DNA of 30,641 bases, from contig JBEKHC010000062.1 of the NCBI GenBank assembly GCA_050012475.1, positions 1 through 30,641 on the forward strand, in the 5' to 3' direction. The stretch comes from Candidatus Velthaea sp. (GTDB taxonomy: Bacteria; Vulcanimicrobiota; Vulcanimicrobiia; Vulcanimicrobiales; Vulcanimicrobiaceae). Under the pieces are notes generated by a model. The model worked only from the letters and a program-made list of their open reading frames with translations. It searched no databases and was not told the DNA's origin. Position numbers and translations under genes: made by a program. Positions 20,541 through 30,641 of the stretch are shown here, piece by piece; position 1 is the stretch's first letter, and every line of letters begins with the position of its first letter.

Positions 20541-20585
20541 CCCGGCGCGAGATTCTCTTTTCCGCTTAAGGGAGCTGCTGCACCC

Positions 20586-21677
20586 ATGGAACGCCGTTAT
20601 CTCATTCTAGCGCCGCACGTTTTCGCGACGCGTGCGGCCAAAACGGCCCACGGCGTCATCGCATACTCGACCGACGTGACCGTCGCCGTCGTCGATCCGT
20701 CCAACACCGGCCGGACGGTGCGCGATGTGTTGCCGCACTTGGACTGCGATGCGCCCATCGTGGCCAGCGTCGAGGCCGGATTGGCGTTCAAGCCGACCTC
20801 GCTGCTCGTCGGCATCGCGCCAGCCGGCGGCGCGCTCCCGCCGGAGTTTCGATTGGAGATCGCGGCGGCATTACGGGCCGGGCTCGAAATCGTGAGCGGC
20901 CTGCACACGATCCTGAGCGAAGACGAAGAGTTCGCGCAGTTAGCCAAAGCGCACGATTCCCGAATTTGGGACTTGCGTCTGCCGCCCGCCGCCCCGTTGT
21001 TTTCCGGCGCCGCATACGATATCGAGGCGTCGATCGTACTGACGGTCGGCAGCGACTGCGCGGTCGGCAAGATGACGGCCGCGCTCGAACTCGCGCGCGC
21101 CGCCGAAGAGCGCGGCCGGCGCGCCGTGTTCGTGCCGACCGGGCAAACCGGCATCGCGATCGCCGGCTGGGGCACCTCCGTCGATCGCGTGGTGGCCGAC
21201 TTCGCCGCAGGCGCCGCCGAACAGCTCGTGCTCGAAGCGGAACGGCGTGCCGACGACACCGGAACAACCACGAAGGGGCTCGGGCCGCTGCTCGTCGTCG
21301 AGGGCCAAGGCGCCGTAAATCACCCCGCCTACGCACCGGTCACGCTGTCCCTGCTGTACGGCAGCGCACCGGATGCGCTCGTGCTGGTCCACATCCCATC
21401 GCGCAGCGCGATCGACGGCTACGATATCCCGCTGCTGAGCTACCGCGAACTCATTCGCACCTACGAGATGCTCTGCGCGGGGGTGAAGCCGGCCAAGGTC
21501 GTCGGCATCGCCCTCAACACGCGCGACTTGGGCGACGTCGCCGCTCGCGCCGCGATCGCGGACGCGGCCGCACAAACCGGGCTGCCGTGCGACGACGTCG
21601 TCCGTTTCGGACCGTTCGCACTCTACGACGCGATCGCGCCGCACCTCGGGAAAACCGCCGTCCTGCATGCCGACTAA
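20586..21677 (+). CDS. DUF1611 domain protein (DgcN-like, P-loop fold)
   Basis: AKTAHG, GIAPAGGALP, SGLH, VGSDCAVGKMT, TGQTGI, DFAAGAAE, VEGQG, LLYGSAPD; AGGGAG RBS upstream; paired with epimerase as usual for this family. Confidence 0.9.
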   Translation: MERRYLILAPHVFATRAAKTAHGVIAYSTDVTVAVVDPSNTGRTVRDVLPHLDCDAPIVASVEAGLAFKPTSLLVGIAPAGGALPPEFRLEIAAALRAGLEIVSGLHTILSEDEEFAQLAKAHDSRIWDLRLPPAAPLFSGAAYDIEASIVLTVGSDCAVGKMTAALELARAAEERGRRAVFVPTGQTGIAIAGWGTSVDRVVADFAAGAAEQLVLEAERRADDTGTTTKGLGPLLVVEGQGAVNHPAYAPVTLSLLYGSAPDALVLVHIPSRSAIDGYDIPLLSYRELIRTYEMLCAGVKPAKVVGIALNTRDLGDVAARAAIADAAAQTGLPCDDVVRFGPFALYDAIAPHLGKTAVLHAD

Positions 21678-23328
21678 CGGTGCCAGCGCGATTCGCACGG
21701 CGGGGGCGCTGGCGTTGTCCGTCGCGCTCGCCGCGAGCGCCGCGGGCTGCGCGAAAGTAGCGCCCGGCGGCGAAGCGGGAACGGGCGGGCGAAATCCGTG
21801 GACGCTCCCCGGTCACCTGCGGCTGGGCGCGACCGACGAACCCGACGCGCTCAATCCGTTTTTTTCGCACAACGCCGCGGCCGACGTCGTCGAGACGCTG
21901 CTCTTTGCCTACGTGTTCCGCTACGACGCGCGCGGCAACCTCATGCCCGAGGTCGCGCGCGAAGTCCCGACCTATGCGAACGGCGGGATCAGCCGCGACA
22001 ACAAGACCATCACGCTCCATATCCGGCCCGGACTGCGCTGGTCGGACGGCGCGCCGCTCGATGCGCGCGATCTGCGCTTCACCTGGCGCGCCGCGGTCGA
22101 CAGCCGCAACAACACCAAACTGCGCATCGGCTGGGACGACATCGCGTCGATGGACGTGCGTGACGACACGACGCTCGTCGTTCACCTCAAGCGGGTCAAC
22201 AGCGCGATCATCGCCGAGATTTGGGGCGGCGGAGGCGGATCATCGTACCCGCCGCTGCCCGAACATCTGCTGGGCAAACTTCCCGATCTCAACCGCGCGG
22301 CGTTCAACACCGCACCGATCTCCAGCGGGCCGTGGCTGCTCGCGGCTTGGAATCACGGTTCGTCACTGGAGTTCGCGCCGAACCCGCGGTATTGGCGCGG
22401 ACCGCCGAAATTGCGTGCCTTGACCTGGAAGGTCGTGCCCAATCCCGACACGCTGTTCGAGGAGCTGCAGACGCACGACGTCGACGTCTACGACAACATC
22501 CCCGAAACGCAGCTGCCGCGCCTCGCAGAACTGCGCGGAATCCGGCTGGCCAAACGTTTGGTCGCGAACTGGCGGCATCTCGAACTCAATACGCGCAAAC
22601 CGCAGCTTGCCGACGTGCGCGTGCGGCGGGCGATCGCGCTGGCGATCGATTGGGATCGCATCAACACCACGGTGTATCACGGCATCAACGTGCGCGCCGT
22701 GAGCGACATCATGCCCGACTCGTGGGCGGCGCCGAACATCCCGCAATGGAGTTACGATCCAGCGGCGGCAAAACGGCTGCTCGACGCTGCCGGCTGGACA
22801 TCCGACGCCGGCCCGATCCGGCACCGCGCCGGCGTTCCGCTCGCGCTCACCATCTCGGCGACCAATAAGCCCGGCAACGAGCAGGCCGAAGTCCAGATGC
22901 AGCAGCAACTGCGCGCCGTCGGCATCGACTTGAGCATCAAGAACTATCCGCCCAGCTATCTCTTCGCCCAAAACGGGCCGCTCTACAGCGGCACGTACGA
23001 CCTCTCATGGAGCATCGACACCAACGGGCCGGAGGTCGATAACGCGGGGAACTGGAGCGGCAACTATATCCCGCCGCACGGAGCGAACACATCGTTTCTC
23101 AACGACCCGATCATCACCCAAACCAGCGAGGCGGCGCTGGGGACCTTCGATCGCGCGCGCCGCAAAGCGCTCTATTTGCGCGAGGAACAACGCATCCACG
23201 AAATGGTCCCGGCGATCTTTCTGTATTGGGAAGTGAGCTACGTCGGCTACAACAGCGATCTGCGCAACTACGTGCCGGCCGAATACGACATGGCCGGCGC
23301 CTGGAACAGCTACCAATGGGACATCTGA
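21667..23328 (+). CDS. Peptide ABC transporter substrate-binding lipoprotein (SBP family 5)
   Basis: Lipobox AAGC, EPDALNP, LRWSDGAPLDARD, PISSGPW, NPRYW, DVRVRRAIALAID, LLDAAGW. Confidence 0.92.
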   Translation: MPTNGASAIRTAGALALSVALAASAAGCAKVAPGGEAGTGGRNPWTLPGHLRLGATDEPDALNPFFSHNAAADVVETLLFAYVFRYDARGNLMPEVAREVPTYANGGISRDNKTITLHIRPGLRWSDGAPLDARDLRFTWRAAVDSRNNTKLRIGWDDIASMDVRDDTTLVVHLKRVNSAIIAEIWGGGGGSSYPPLPEHLLGKLPDLNRAAFNTAPISSGPWLLAAWNHGSSLEFAPNPRYWRGPPKLRALTWKVVPNPDTLFEELQTHDVDVYDNIPETQLPRLAELRGIRLAKRLVANWRHLELNTRKPQLADVRVRRAIALAIDWDRINTTVYHGINVRAVSDIMPDSWAAPNIPQWSYDPAAAKRLLDAAGWTSDAGPIRHRAGVPLALTISATNKPGNEQAEVQMQQQLRAVGIDLSIKNYPPSYLFAQNGPLYSGTYDLSWSIDTNGPEVDNAGNWSGNYIPPHGANTSFLNDPIITQTSEAALGTFDRARRKALYLREEQRIHEMVPAIFLYWEVSYVGYNSDLRNYVPAEYDMAGAWNSYQWDI

Positions 23329-23353
23329 TGCGCGCAGCATCGGCCGGGGCGCC

Positions 23354-24226
23354 GTGCTGACGATCGTCGAACCGCGCGGCGACCGCACGATCGTTCGCAT
23401 CTCACCCGCCACGTCGGCGGTGGTCTCGTTCAACACCAGCGCCGACCGCGGGCGCTTCGATTTGACCGTGTATCGCGCCGACGGCCAAGTCTCGAGTTGG
23501 CTGCCGTACATCGAGTTCTCGCCGGACGGGCGCCGTTCACTGGGCGGAGCCGACGACGTGGCGCGCATCGCGACGGACATCGTCGAATCCGCAGTCCCGA
23601 TCGTCGCGATCGAAGTGCGCGGCGATGCCCCGCTCGATGCGATCGCCGTGAGCACGCCGACGCATCGCCGCTCGGGCGCAGGGGCGAGCGCGCGAACCGC
23701 GCTCGACGTGCCGGCGCTGTCGCAATATCTCATCGCCCACCCCGAAGAACGCGGCTGGTGCTCGCCCGCCTCGCTGGCGATGCTGCTGGCATACTGGGGC
23801 AAGCCGCACGACATTCCAGCGATCGTCCGCGCCGTGTACGACGAGCGCTATCGCGGAACCGGGAACTGGACGTTCAACATGCTCTTCGCCAGCCGATTCG
23901 GGTTGCGGGCCGCGCTCACGCATCTCGCCGGCCTCGAGCACGCCGCCGAATTCATCGCCGCCGGCATCCCGCTGGCGCTGTCGTTCTCGTGGAGCAGCGG
24001 CGACCTGCCCGGCGCGCCGCTCGATCACAGCGACGGTCATCTCGCCGTGCTGCGCGGCTTCACGCGCTACGGCCATCCCCAACTCAACGATCCCGCCCAA
24101 GCCGATATCGTCACGACCTACGACCGCAAAGCGCTCGAACGCGTTTGGCAAGCACACGGCGGAGCGGCCTTCGTGACCCTGCCGCTCGAGCGGAGTGCCG
24201 AATTGCTGCGATTGGCCAACGAATGA
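23354..24226 (+). CDS. Peptidase C39-like (papain-fold) protein
   Basis: [16 protein letters not shown] (catalytic Cys), [16 protein letters not shown] (His), LNDPA. Confidence 0.85.
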   Translation: MLTIVEPRGDRTIVRISPATSAVVSFNTSADRGRFDLTVYRADGQVSSWLPYIEFSPDGRRSLGGADDVARIATDIVESAVPIVAIEVRGDAPLDAIAVSTPTHRRSGAGASARTALDVPALSQYLIAHPEERGWCSPASLAMLLAYWGKPHDIPAIVRAVYDERYRGTGNWTFNMLFASRFGLRAALTHLAGLEHAAEFIAAGIPLALSFSWSSGDLPGAPLDHSDGHLAVLRGFTRYGHPQLNDPAQADIVTTYDRKALERVWQAHGGAAFVTLPLERSAELLRLANE

Positions 24227-24741
24227 CCAGTCAGCCGGCGATGCGGATCGCGCCGCCGGAAGCGGTTCGCGCGGCTCCGCTGCACATCGTGCTCGTCGAG
24301 CCGCAGATTCCGCCCAACACCGGCAACGTCGCGCGACTGTGTGCCGCGACCGGCTGCGCGCTGCACCTCGTGCAGCCGCTGGGATTCAGCATCGAAGACC
24401 GTGCGCTCAAGCGCGCGGGGCTCGACTATTGGGATGCGCTGGCGGTCGTCGTCCACGCGTCGCTCGACGACTTCAGCGCGTACTATCCGCTCGAGCAGTC
24501 TTGGCTGCTGTCCACGCGCGCGGCGCACAGCTATCGCAACGCACCGTTCGCGTACGGCGACGCGCTGGTGTTCGGCAAAGAAACGGCCGGACTGCCGGCG
24601 GCGCTGCTGGAAACGCACGCCCGGCGCGGCTTGCGCATCCCGATGCGTCCGGGCGCCGTGCGCAGCATCAATCTTTCCACCGCCGTCGGGATCGTCGCGT
24701 ACGAAGCATTGGCAAAACTGGGCTTTCCCGCCATGTCTTGA
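24223..24741 (+). CDS. trmL: tRNA (cytidine/uridine-34 2'-O)-methyltransferase, SPOUT family
   Basis: [43 protein letters not shown] overlap with upstream stop. Confidence 0.93.
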   Translation: MTSQPAMRIAPPEAVRAAPLHIVLVEPQIPPNTGNVARLCAATGCALHLVQPLGFSIEDRALKRAGLDYWDALAVVVHASLDDFSAYYPLEQSWLLSTRAAHSYRNAPFAYGDALVFGKETAGLPAALLETHARRGLRIPMRPGAVRSINLSTAVGIVAYEALAKLGFPAMS

Positions 24742-24842
24742 CCGCGCGCGCGTCGCGCCGCGCGCCTGGTGATATGCTACGACCGGCGCGCGACACGCTC
24801 AAAGAGCGCGCCCGCGGTGCCGAAAATCTCACCGTGATCAAG

Positions 24843-26921
24843 ATGCGTTTGGGCCTGCAACTGGCATGCAGCGTTGCTTTTCCGATTTTCATGTCCGGCT
24901 TGCTAGCCGCCGGCTTAGTCCTCGGAATCACGGCCCTGCGCGGCTCCAAAGACGATTTGGGCACGAAAACGGGGCTGCGCGCCAAGGTTCGCGACATCGC
25001 CGTTCAAGTGATGACCAGCCAGTACGCGACCAACAATTACATCCTGATGCGTAAAGAAAAATTTGCGCTCGATCAAGCGCAGGCGTTCGACAATGCGCGG
25101 CTCGACATCGCGGCCGCACGCAGTGCGATCGCAGCCGCCCATCTCCCCGAGTATCTGCCCGCCATCGAGCGGACGGCGACGCTGGTCGACATGGTCCGCC
25201 GGCACAGCGCGGCGCTGCTCGAACTGGCCAAGCGCGATAATGACGCCGCACTCGGTGCGCTGCGCGAGGAAAAGATCGGCCGTTACGCCGCCGCGAACAC
25301 CGAACAACGCGCGCTGCGCGCGGCGATCGCTGACCTGCAGCCGCAGCTCGAAGCGCTGATCGCCAAAGCCAATACCGCAGCGAAGACCTCGTCCGACGCC
25401 TTCGACGCGCTGGCGCGCTGGATCGACGTCGCCTTGATCGCGGCCGGCTTCCTCACCGTGGTGGTAACGCTGGGCATCAGCTCGTTCATCGGGCGCCGGA
25501 TGGCACGCCGTCTGGCGCGCGTCTCGAACGCGCTTGCCGATATCGTGCGCGAGGATTTTGCCCAGCTTTCGAGCGCTCTGGTCGCGCTGGCCCAAGGTGA
25601 TCTGCGCGCTTCGTTCGCTTCGCGCCGGACGCCGCTGGCCGACGCGGGCTGCGACGAGATCGCCGACGTCGCGCACTCGTACGATGCGCTCGTCGCGGGG
25701 TTGACGAAAACCGGGACCGAGCTGACGACCGGTTTGCGGCAGTTGCGCGAACTCATCGTGGGTGTCGTCGGCGCTTCGGCGCGGCTCTCGCAGGCGAGTG
25801 CGGAGGCATCGCAGTGCGTGAAAGCATCGGCCGACGCCGTCGACCACATCGCCCAGGCCATCGACCGCGTCGCCGGCGGCGCCCATAGCCAAGCCGATCG
25901 GATCGGCGAAACCAGCGCCGCGATCGAAGAACTCGCGCGCACGGCCGAGCAAATCGCCGCGGTCGCCGCCGATCAGGCACACGCGCTGGGCGCGACCACC
26001 GCCGCCCTGCAGCAGCTCGACGACGGCATCGAATCGCTCTCCGTGCACGGCGGGGTGCTCACGACGTCGGCGCGTGAAGCGTCGTCCGAGGCGGCGAGCG
26101 GGAATGCGGCGGTCACCCAGACCCAAAGCGCGATGCGCGATCTGCGCGAGGTTTCGCAGACCGCGACGGAGGCGATGCAGCGGCTCGAAGAACGCTCGAC
26201 GCAAGTCGAAGCAATCCTCGACTCGATCGGCGAGATCGCCGACCAGACGAATTTACTCGCGCTCAATGCGGCGATCGAAGCCGCGCGCGCCGGCGAACAA
26301 GGCCGCGGTTTCGCCGTGGTCGCCGACGAGGTGCGCAAGCTCGCCGAACGCAGCGCCGCGGCGACAAAGCAGATTTCGGCCATCCTCTCCTCGATCCGCA
26401 GCGAAACGCTCAGCGCCGCCGGCGCCATGCGGGCCTCGCGCGATTCGATGGAATCCGGCTTGCACGTAGCGGGCAATGCGGCCCAATCGTTAGCCGGCGT
26501 GAGCGCCGCGATCGGGACGACGACGACGGTGGCTGAAGACCTCGCCGCGCGCGCCCGTCAGATGCGCGACGCGTCGACGCATGTCACGGCCAACATGTCG
26601 AACGCGTCGGCGGCCGTCGAACGCAACGCGGCCGCAGCCGCCGAGATGCGCTCGACGACCAATCACGTCACCCAGACCATGGTTCCGATCGCGGTAACCG
26701 CAACCGAACAATCGCAGGCCGCCCGTGAGGCGGCGGCGTCCGCCAGCGATCTCGTCGCAGGGATGGACCAGATCGACACGACCGCCCGGGCGCTGCTCGA
26801 TCAAGCCGCCGGCCTCGAGCGGCTGATCGCGAAGTTCATCGTCGACGACCGCGCCCCGGCGGCGCACGCCGTCCCGCCCACGGCCCGGCCGGCCGCTGCG
26901 CGGGCGTCCACCGGCGCCTGA
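24843..26921 (+). CDS. Methyl-accepting chemotaxis protein
   Basis: Two TM helices flanking a helical sensor domain, HAMP-like region (DEIADVA), [40 protein letters not shown]. Start 24834 or 24843; the longer ORF extension overlaps trmL. Confidence 0.95.
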   Translation: MRLGLQLACSVAFPIFMSGLLAAGLVLGITALRGSKDDLGTKTGLRAKVRDIAVQVMTSQYATNNYILMRKEKFALDQAQAFDNARLDIAAARSAIAAAHLPEYLPAIERTATLVDMVRRHSAALLELAKRDNDAALGALREEKIGRYAAANTEQRALRAAIADLQPQLEALIAKANTAAKTSSDAFDALARWIDVALIAAGFLTVVVTLGISSFIGRRMARRLARVSNALADIVREDFAQLSSALVALAQGDLRASFASRRTPLADAGCDEIADVAHSYDALVAGLTKTGTELTTGLRQLRELIVGVVGASARLSQASAEASQCVKASADAVDHIAQAIDRVAGGAHSQADRIGETSAAIEELARTAEQIAAVAADQAHALGATTAALQQLDDGIESLSVHGGVLTTSAREASSEAASGNAAVTQTQSAMRDLREVSQTATEAMQRLEERSTQVEAILDSIGEIADQTNLLALNAAIEAARAGEQGRGFAVVADEVRKLAERSAAATKQISAILSSIRSETLSAAGAMRASRDSMESGLHVAGNAAQSLAGVSAAIGTTTTVAEDLAARARQMRDASTHVTANMSNASAAVERNAAAAAEMRSTTNHVTQTMVPIAVTATEQSQAAREAAASASDLVAGMDQIDTTARALLDQAAGLERLIAKFIVDDRAPAAHAVPPTARPAAARASTGA

Positions 26922-26975
26922 CCCGCTCGGCCCGAGCGGGCCCCGGCAACGGGCAGCGAACAGCCGCAGTCCGGC

Positions 26976-27680
26976 ATGACCATCGATCTCATCGAGCAGC
27001 GCGTCGTCGCCTGCGCCAAGTGTCCCGAACTGGTAGCATACCGCGCGCGGGTCGCCGGCGAAAAACGCCGCGCCTATCGCGACTGGGAGTATTGGGGCAA
27101 ACCCGTCCCCGCCTTCGGCGACCCGCAGGCGAGCGTCGTTCTCGTCGGGCTCGCCCCCGGAGCGCACGGCAGCAATCGCACCGGCCGCATGTTCACCGGC
27201 GACGCTTCGGGCGAGTGGCTCTATCGCGCCCTTTTCCGGGCCGGCTTCGCCAGTCAGGCCCGCTCCGAACACCTGGGGGACGGCCTCACCTTACGGGATT
27301 GCCTGATCACCGCCGCGGTACGCTGCGCGCCGCCGCAAAATAAGCCGTCCCCCGCCGAGCGAGCCCGCTGTTTCGGCTATCTCGAAGAAGAATTCGCGAC
27401 GCTGCGGGATGTGCGCGTCGTCGTGACGTTAGGGCGGATCGCCGACGACACGTTCCATGCGCTGGTAAAGAAGCGCGGCGCCTACCGTTCTCCCCGGGCC
27501 GCGTTCGCCCACGGCGCCGAAACAGCCGTCGCCTTGCCCGGATCGCCCGCCGTTGTCGGACTTGCGTCCTACCACCCGAGCCGTCAGAATACCAATACCG
27601 GCGTTCTTACCGAGTTGATGCTCGACAACATTTTCGCCCGAGCGCGCGAATTGGCGCGTAACTTTCGCCACAATGGGTAA
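26976..27680 (+). CDS. Uracil-DNA glycosylase, family 5 (UdgB-like, Fe-S)
   Basis: CAKC, GLAPGAHGSNRTGRMFTGD, VRCAPPQNKP, YHPS. Confidence 0.92.
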   Translation: MTIDLIEQRVVACAKCPELVAYRARVAGEKRRAYRDWEYWGKPVPAFGDPQASVVLVGLAPGAHGSNRTGRMFTGDASGEWLYRALFRAGFASQARSEHLGDGLTLRDCLITAAVRCAPPQNKPSPAERARCFGYLEEEFATLRDVRVVVTLGRIADDTFHALVKKRGAYRSPRAAFAHGAETAVALPGSPAVVGLASYHPSRQNTNTGVLTELMLDNIFARARELARNFRHNG

Positions 27681-27692
27681 CAAGTAACCACC

Positions 27693-27884
27693 ATGCACTA
27701 CCGCATCGATGATCGCGACCTGGCAGCGTTTCTCGTCTACGCGGCACGCGAACGGAGTTTGGACGCCTCGCTGCGAGCGGCGAGCCGTTACGCGCGCTCG
27801 GACGAACATCGCAAATCGATCGACGCGCTGCGCGAGCTCAATAAGAAAATGCTCTTTCGCGAGACGCGCCGCTCGAGTTTTTGA
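27693..27884 (+). CDS. Small hypothetical protein (63 aa)
   Basis: ATG 12 nt after the UDG stop, plausible helical charged sequence, followed by a terminator-like hairpin. No clear RBS. Confidence 0.5.
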   Translation: MHYRIDDRDLAAFLVYAARERSLDASLRAASRYARSDEHRKSIDALRELNKKMLFRETRRSSF

Positions 27885-27925
27885 TCGCTGGGCAATCACG
27901 CTCGCCGGTTAAGATTGAAAGGCAC

Positions 27926-27959
27926 AAAGGCTCCGGAACACCTCCGGGGCCTTTTGTTT
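27926..27959 (+). terminator. Intrinsic terminator
   Basis: AAAGGCTCCGGA-ACACC-TCCGGGGCCTTT stem running into TTTTGTTT. Confidence 0.8.
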
Positions 27960-28083
27960 AGGACCTAGTGCTCAGCCGTTCACGGCGAACGGCGCAGGCT
28001 TTTGACGCTGCGAGATGCTGGGAATTGTGATTTATTGGTAAAGTGATTCGCTGCCCGCTTTTCGGGCAGCCGCTTTTTCGATC

Positions 28084-29772
28084 GTGGAGATTCTCTCGTT
28101 GCGTCGTTTTACGATTGCGCTGGCTGCTGCATGTTTCGCCATGACGAGCAGCTTTGCCGCGCCGCCTGCTCCCGCTTTGGCATCCCCCGCCGCAGCCGCC
28201 GCTCCGGCCGGGGCGCCGGAGCTTCCCCTCCAGCCCGAGGTACGCAGCTACCGCGGCGTCGCCCATCTCCAGTTGACCGCGGCGATCAATCCGGCGACGA
28301 AACTGCCCGCCTTTTATTTTGCCGGCCGGCCGATCCCGCCGACCATTCGCGTTCATCCCGGCGACACGCTGGTCGTCGACTACATCAACGGCATGTCGAC
28401 CGCCGCCGGACCGCCGCTGGACATGACCAATCTTCACACGCACGGACTGTTGGATTCGCCCAAACCTCCTGGCGACGACGTCCTCATGACGATGGTGATG
28501 CCCGGCCAAGGGTGGCGTTACGTGTACGCAATTCCGCGCGATGAGGCACCGGGGGTGTACTGGTACCATCCGCATCCCCACGGCGCCAGTAACTTTCAAG
28601 TCGCCGCCGGGATGTCGGGGATGATCGTCGTCGAGGGGATCGAGACGTACGCGCCCATCGTCCGCGGCCTCGCCGAACGCGACATCATCCTGCGCGACTA
28701 TTACTTCGATCCGTCGACGGCGCCGCTGTCCCGGGCCCGCCAGCGCGCGGTGATGCACGAAGTCGCACGCGAACGTGCCTTGAACCCCACGCTCGACGTG
28801 AAGACGGCGATCCGGACCGCTTCGGTCAACGCGGCCGCGTTGCCGCCCGCGGCACCCGACTGCAACCCCGCCGATGCCTCCAAAGGCGTCACGATCAACG
28901 GGCTGCCGGCCGCGACCATCACGATGCGGCCCAATAGCCGCCAGTTCTTCCGCATCCTCAACGCTTCGGCCAACAGCTTCTTCGACCTCAAGATCCCGGG
29001 CACGCGCTTCTTGGTCGTCGCCAAAGACGGCGTCCCGCTGTCATTCCACGACCGCAGCGTGCAGGGGCAATGGGTCGACCACGTCCTCATGCCGCCGGCC
29101 GCGCGCATCGAAGCCGTCGTCGCCGCGCCGGCGCAGACCGGCACGGCGTTCCAGTCCCTGTGCATCGACTACGGCCCCGACGGCGACACCGATCCGCCGC
29201 GCACGCTGGGGACGATCGCCCTGGGCCCGGAGCCCGCCCTCCCGCATATGAACTTCTCCGCAGCGCCGCCGGTGGCCGAGCCCTTCGGCAACATTCACAA
29301 CGCGCCGATCGTCGCCCGGCGGGTCGTGAATTTCAGTGAAGACAACCCCGACAGCAAATTCTACATCAACGGGAAGATGTTCGATCCGACGGTTCCGCCG
29401 ATGTTCGTCGTGCGCGCCGGAACGGTCGAAGAATGGACCGTCGCGAACTACGCAAACGAACTGCACGCATTCCACATCCACCAGATCCATTTTCTGGTCG
29501 AGGACGTCAACGGCGTGCGCCAACCCGACACCACTTGGCTCGACACGGTGACCGTGCCGTACGCCACCCACGTCGGCGGCGTCACCAAACCCGGCGTGGT
29601 GCACCTGCTCATGGACTTCCGCGACCCGGTCATCGTCGGCACGTTCGTCTTCCATTGCCATATCCTCGAGCATGAGGACTACGGCATGATGGCAGAGATC
29701 CAAGTCGTCGGACCGGCCCCGGCCGTCCCGAACACCCGAGGCTTCCACCAAGGCAACCTCAACGTGAAGTAG
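28084..29772 (+). CDS. Secreted multicopper oxidase (laccase-like)
   Basis: All four copper motifs: TNLHTHG, YWYHPHPHG, HAFHIH, FHCHILEHEDYGMM; N-terminal signal peptide with RR followed by an Ala/Pro linker. Confidence 0.95.
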   Translation: MEILSLRRFTIALAAACFAMTSSFAAPPAPALASPAAAAAPAGAPELPLQPEVRSYRGVAHLQLTAAINPATKLPAFYFAGRPIPPTIRVHPGDTLVVDYINGMSTAAGPPLDMTNLHTHGLLDSPKPPGDDVLMTMVMPGQGWRYVYAIPRDEAPGVYWYHPHPHGASNFQVAAGMSGMIVVEGIETYAPIVRGLAERDIILRDYYFDPSTAPLSRARQRAVMHEVARERALNPTLDVKTAIRTASVNAAALPPAAPDCNPADASKGVTINGLPAATITMRPNSRQFFRILNASANSFFDLKIPGTRFLVVAKDGVPLSFHDRSVQGQWVDHVLMPPAARIEAVVAAPAQTGTAFQSLCIDYGPDGDTDPPRTLGTIALGPEPALPHMNFSAAPPVAEPFGNIHNAPIVARRVVNFSEDNPDSKFYINGKMFDPTVPPMFVVRAGTVEEWTVANYANELHAFHIHQIHFLVEDVNGVRQPDTTWLDTVTVPYATHVGGVTKPGVVHLLMDFRDPVIVGTFVFHCHILEHEDYGMMAEIQVVGPAPAVPNTRGFHQGNLNVK

Positions 29773-29798
29773 GCGCCGACCCCGCGCGCCTGCTCACG

Positions 29799-29836
29799 AG
29801 ACACGTGCGGCACTGCAGAGCCGCACGTGTCTTTTT
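29799..29836 (+). terminator. Intrinsic terminator between convergent multicopper oxidase and aspS
   Basis: Perfect 13-bp stem AGACACGTGCGGC/GCCGCACGTGTCT, 8-nt loop, then TTTT. Confidence 0.8.
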
Positions 29837-30641
29837 ATGACGGCGGCGGCGCGGGCTTGACGTTGAGCGCGATGCCCAAATCGCGCAGCGACTCGGGCGG
29901 AACGCTCGAGGGCGCGTCCATCATCAGGTCGCGGGCCATCTGATTTTTCGGAAACGCGATGACGTCGCGGATGCTCGTCTCACCGCAGGCCAGCATCACG
30001 ATGCGGTCGAGACCCAGCGCCATCCCGCCGTGCGGCGGCGCTCCGAAGCGCAAGGCCTCCATGAAGAAGCCGAACCGTTCTTCGATCGTCGCGTCATCGA
30101 GGCCCAAGCGGTGAAAGACCTTGCGCTGAAAGGCTTCCTTGTGATTGCGGATCGAACCGCTGCCCAACTCGTACCCGTTGAGCACCAAGTCGTAGTGCTG
30201 CGCGCGCACCTGCAGCGGCTCGGTGTCGAAGAGTGCTTCCTGGCCCGGCCCCGGCGCCGTGAACGGATGGTGGGAAAACGTGATCTCACCGCTGTCGGCG
30301 TCGCGCTCGAAGAGCGGGAAGTGATAGACCCAGCAGAACGCATACGTCTGCGGGTCGCGCAGCTTGCACCGGTCGCCGATTTCCAGGCGCAGACGGCCGG
30401 CGATGTCGCCGGCGCGGGCAGCGCTCTCGCCCACGAACAACACCGCGTCGCCGCTTTGCGCGCCGGTCAGGCGCTGCAGTTCGGCGCCGATCGAGGGCGA
30501 CACGACTTTGGCGATCGAACCCTTCAGCCCGTCGGCCGTGAACGTCAAATAGGGCAGGCCCTTGGCGCCGAAGCCTTTGGCGATCTCGGTCAACCCGTCG
30601 AACTCGCGCCGCGAGAGCGCGGCGCCGCCCGGATAGCGCAG
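29835..30641 (-). CDS. aspS: Aspartate--tRNA ligase, 3' part (5' end outside window)
   Basis: GAKGL (GAD domain), HHPFT, YDLVLNGYELGSGSIR, GAPPHGGMALGLDR (motif 3), IRDVIAFPK. Confidence 0.97.
   Translation of the reverse strand: MRYPGGAALSRREFDGLTEIAKGFGAKGLPYLTFTADGLKGSIAKVVSPSIGAELQRLTGAQSGDAVLFVGESAARAGDIAGRLRLEIGDRCKLRDPQTYAFCWVYHFPLFERDADSGEITFSHHPFTAPGPGQEALFDTEPLQVRAQHYDLVLNGYELGSGSIRNHKEAFQRKVFHRLGLDDATIEERFGFFMEALRFGAPPHGGMALGLDRIVMLACGETSIRDVIAFPKNQMARDLMMDAPSSVPPESLRDLGIALNVKPAPPPS

Noticed and set aside
23497..24842. Apparent long fusions (414-aa TrmL, 908-aa MCP)
   Set aside because: Extensions are Arg-rich alternative frames over the C39 and trmL genes; internal starts at 24223 and ~24843 give normal proteins.

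Overview
High-GC (about two-thirds G+C by eye) bacterial chromosomal window, mostly housekeeping genes. The left half (minus strand) is the conserved block glyA-upp-dCMP deaminase-tagO/wecA-wecB-atpI-atpBEF'FHAGD. It is interrupted by a RimJ-like GNAT, a frameshifted PAS-SpoIIE-HATPase gene and an unusual ~590-bp structured spacer between atpG and atpD. The centre holds a degenerate TIM-barrel gene, a probable 6S RNA with a duplicated palindrome upstream, a photolyase and a GNAT. The right half (plus strand) holds a dipeptide epimerase-DUF1611-peptide-binding lipoprotein-C39 peptidase-trmL cluster, an MCP, a family-5 UDG, a multicopper oxidase and the 3' part of aspS. The most unusual signals are non-coding: (i) a ~400-bp fold-back element with 36-bp inverted ends and a central 5x18-bp tandem array inside the ATP synthase operon; (ii) two apparently related multi-hairpin intergenic elements, one flanked by CTAG and with complementary loops; (iii) a 2x19-bp palindromic duplication in front of the 6S RNA. 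The in-frame TAG near the end of atpD looks like low-quality end sequence. Gene content and style suggest a Terrabacteria lineage such as Eremiobacterota, but this is only an impression. No CRISPR array, transposase, rRNA or tRNA was seen. All family assignments come from motif recognition by eye, not database searches.
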